A program made the translations under genes and the position numbers. Under the pieces are notes generated by a model. It did not search any database and had not been told where the DNA came from. It saw only the letters and a list, made by a program, of their open reading frames with translations. 64,000 nucleotides of DNA from Actinomycetes bacterium. GTDB lineage: Bacteria > Actinomycetota > Actinomycetes > S36-B12. Position 1 is the first letter of the stretch, and each line of letters begins with the position of its first letter. Below, one piece after another: positions 61,977-64,000 of the stretch. The stretch spans positions 31,450-95,449 of the forward strand of contig JAHECS010000009.1 of assembly GCA_024641635.1 (NCBI GenBank), read 5' to 3'.

Positions 61977-64000
61977 TGCGCGCTCCCCTGTCCTGGCTCC
62001 GGGAGCTCGTGGACATCCCCGTGGGCGAGTCCGGTCGCGACGTCGCGAGGCGACTCATCCGCGCGGGACTCGAGGTCGAGACCGTCGACACGATCGGTGC
62101 CGGGGTGGACGGCCCGCTGCTCGTGGGCCACGTCCTCGAGGTCGAGGAGTTGACGGAGTTCAAGAAGCCGATCCGCTGGTGCCAGGTCGACGTCGGGACC
62201 GCAGGTGGCGGGGTGCGCGGAATCATCTGCGGTGCGCGGAACTTCGTTGTCGGCGACCTCGTCGTCGTCGCACTTCCCGGAACCGTGCTGCCGGGCGGTT
62301 TCGAGATCGCGTCCCGGCCCACCTACGGCAAGGTCTCCGACGGGATGATCTGCTCCGAGCGTGAGCTGGCGCTGGGCGACGATCACGACGGGATCATGGT
62401 GCTTCCGGTCGGAGTGGGGGAGCCCGGCGACGATGCCGCACCGATCGTGGGTGTGGGCGACGAGGTCCTCGACATCGCCATCACCCCGGACCGCGGATAC
62501 GCGCTGTCCATCCGTGGAATCGCCCGCGAGGTGGCGATCGCCTACGGGGTGCCGTTCCAGGATCCCGGCCTCGAGCTGGCCGACCTGCCGGCCCCGCTGC
62601 CCGATCGGGTGCCGCAGGACTGCGGAACCGACGACCCTGCCGGGTGCGACCTGTTCACCATGCGCACCATCGTGGGGTTCGATCCGGGAGCATCGTCGCC
62701 GCTGTGGATGCAGCGCCGGCTCGTCGCCTGTGGCATGCGTCCGGTCTCACTTGCTGTCGATGTCACGAACTACGTCATGCTCGAATTGGGCCAGCCGCTG
62801 CACGCCTACGACATGGACAAGCTCCAGGGTGCCGTCCGCGCCGGCTGGGCAGTCCCGGGAGAGCCCTTCGAGTCCCTCGACCACGTGGCCCGCACCCTGC
62901 AGGCCGACGACCTGGTCATCCGCGACGACACGGGCGTCATCGGGCTCGCGGGCGTGATCGGCGGCCTCCACTCGGAGATCGATGACGACACGACCGCCAT
63001 CGCTCTGGAGGCGGCGCACTTCGTCCCCGAGGTGGTCGCGCGGGCGGGCCGACGGCACAAGGTCTCCAGCGAGGCCGGGCGACGCAACGAGCGCGGCGTC
63101 GACCGAGACCTGGCGCCCTACGCCTCGGCTCGCGCGGCCGCGTTGCTGCTGGAGTTCGGTGGCGGGCATTACGTCGGCATGACGGCGGTCGAGTCGGCGA
63201 GGGCGGAGTCGGTCATCCACCTGGCTGTGTCGGGTCCCGGCGACGTCGCGGGGATGGAGATCCCCCACGAGACGGTCACCGGACTGCTCGAGGCGATCGG
63301 GTGTGAGGTCGAGCCCGTCCAGGCCCTCGAGGGGCAGGCACCGGACGTGGCGACCGCTCCCGGACTCCGGGTGACGGCACCGTCGTGGCGCCCCGATCTG
63401 ACAGATCCCATCGATCTCGTGGAGGAGGTCATTCGGCTCAACGGCTATGACCTGCTGCCCTCCACCCTGCCGGCGGCGCCACTGGGTCGTGGCCTGACCC
63501 GGGAGCAGCGACTTCGCCGACGGGTCGGGATGGTGCTGGCCGCCCGCGGACTCGTCGAGGTGCTGACCTACCCCTTCCTGGGGCCGGCGGACCTCGACGC
63601 ACTGCGCCTACCGGAGGACGATCCGCGGCGCCGCTCGCCCCGTCTGGCGAACCCGCTGTCCGACGAGCAGCCGCTCCTTCGCGCGACGCTCCTGCCCGGG
63701 CTGCTCGCCGTCGTGCGTCGCAACGCCGGCCGGGGACTGGCCGACCTGGCCGTGTTCGAGGTCGGCTCGGTGTTCCTCGGCGAGGTCGCCGAGGAGACCG
63801 GGCTGCGTCCGCCCGTGCACCGGCGTCCGAGCCACGAGGAGTGGACCGGCCTCAACGACCTGCTCCCGCACCAGCCGATGCACGTCGCCGCCGTGCTGTC
63901 GGGCAACCGCGACCCGGAGGGCTGGTGGGGTGCGGCGCGCCCGTCGTCGTGGTCGGATGCGATCGAGGTCGCCCGCGTGGTCGGCGATTCCTGTGGCCTC
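61975..64000 (+). CDS. pheT: Phenylalanine-tRNA ligase beta subunit, N-terminal about 675 aa (3' end lies outside the window)
   Basis: This gene is not in the ORF track because no stop falls in the window. My own translation from ATG 61975 gives MRAPLSWLRELVDIPVGESGRDVARRLIRAGLEVETVD...VGHVLEVEELTEFKKPIRWCQVDVG, the tRNA-binding domain. It overlaps the pheS stop. Confidence 0.93.

Overview
This is a very GC-rich window (above 70% by eye, not computed). It looks like core chromosome of an actinobacterium with Micrococcales-like gene order; the genus cannot be determined from the sequence alone. I can support about 62 protein genes, almost all housekeeping.

Gene content on the + strand, in order:
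- hisC'-hisB-hisH-hisA-hisF, then hisI translationally coupled to trpE.
- A trp cluster: trpE, small membrane proteins, an embedded two-component system, then trpC-trpB-trpA.
- A dsbA-like gene, lgt, gltB-gltD and pyk.
- A roughly 24 kb co-directional array: pyrR-pyrB-pyrC-(membrane protein)-carA-carB-pyrK-pyrD-pyrF-mihF-gmk-rpoZ-coaBC-metK-priA-def-fmt-rsmB-rpe-ribD-ribE-ribBA-ribH-hisE-hisG.
- An SseB-like gene and a DinB/MDMPI-like gene, followed by DUF1844 (- strand).
- infC-rpmI-rplT-trmH-(orphan cupin-like protein)-cysD-cysNC-pheS-pheT'.

On the - strand there is a purine-catabolic block: MFS transporter, guanine deaminase, xdhA, xdhB.

I recognised no rRNA, tRNA, CRISPR array, transposase, integrase or phage gene. 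The many long antisense and alternate-frame ORFs in the track are GC artefacts.

I do not see a clear multi-gene novel system. The items most worth a second look are:
1. A 20-nt near-palindromic element, four perfect copies plus one divergent copy. The four perfect copies bracket a single DinB-like gene, and three of them can form mutually exclusive hairpins.
2. A perfect in-frame 33-bp tandem repeat that fills the metK-priA junction and duplicates candidate priA start codons.
3. An uncharacterised cupin/2OG-oxygenase-like gene, translationally coupled to an rRNA-methyltransferase-family gene and followed by cysD-cysNC, inserted into the infC-pheST translation cluster.
4. A two-component system embedded in the trp cluster.
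5. A PriA with no recognisable Walker A or Walker B motif.
6. A MetK with an insertion of about 20 aa near its C-terminus.
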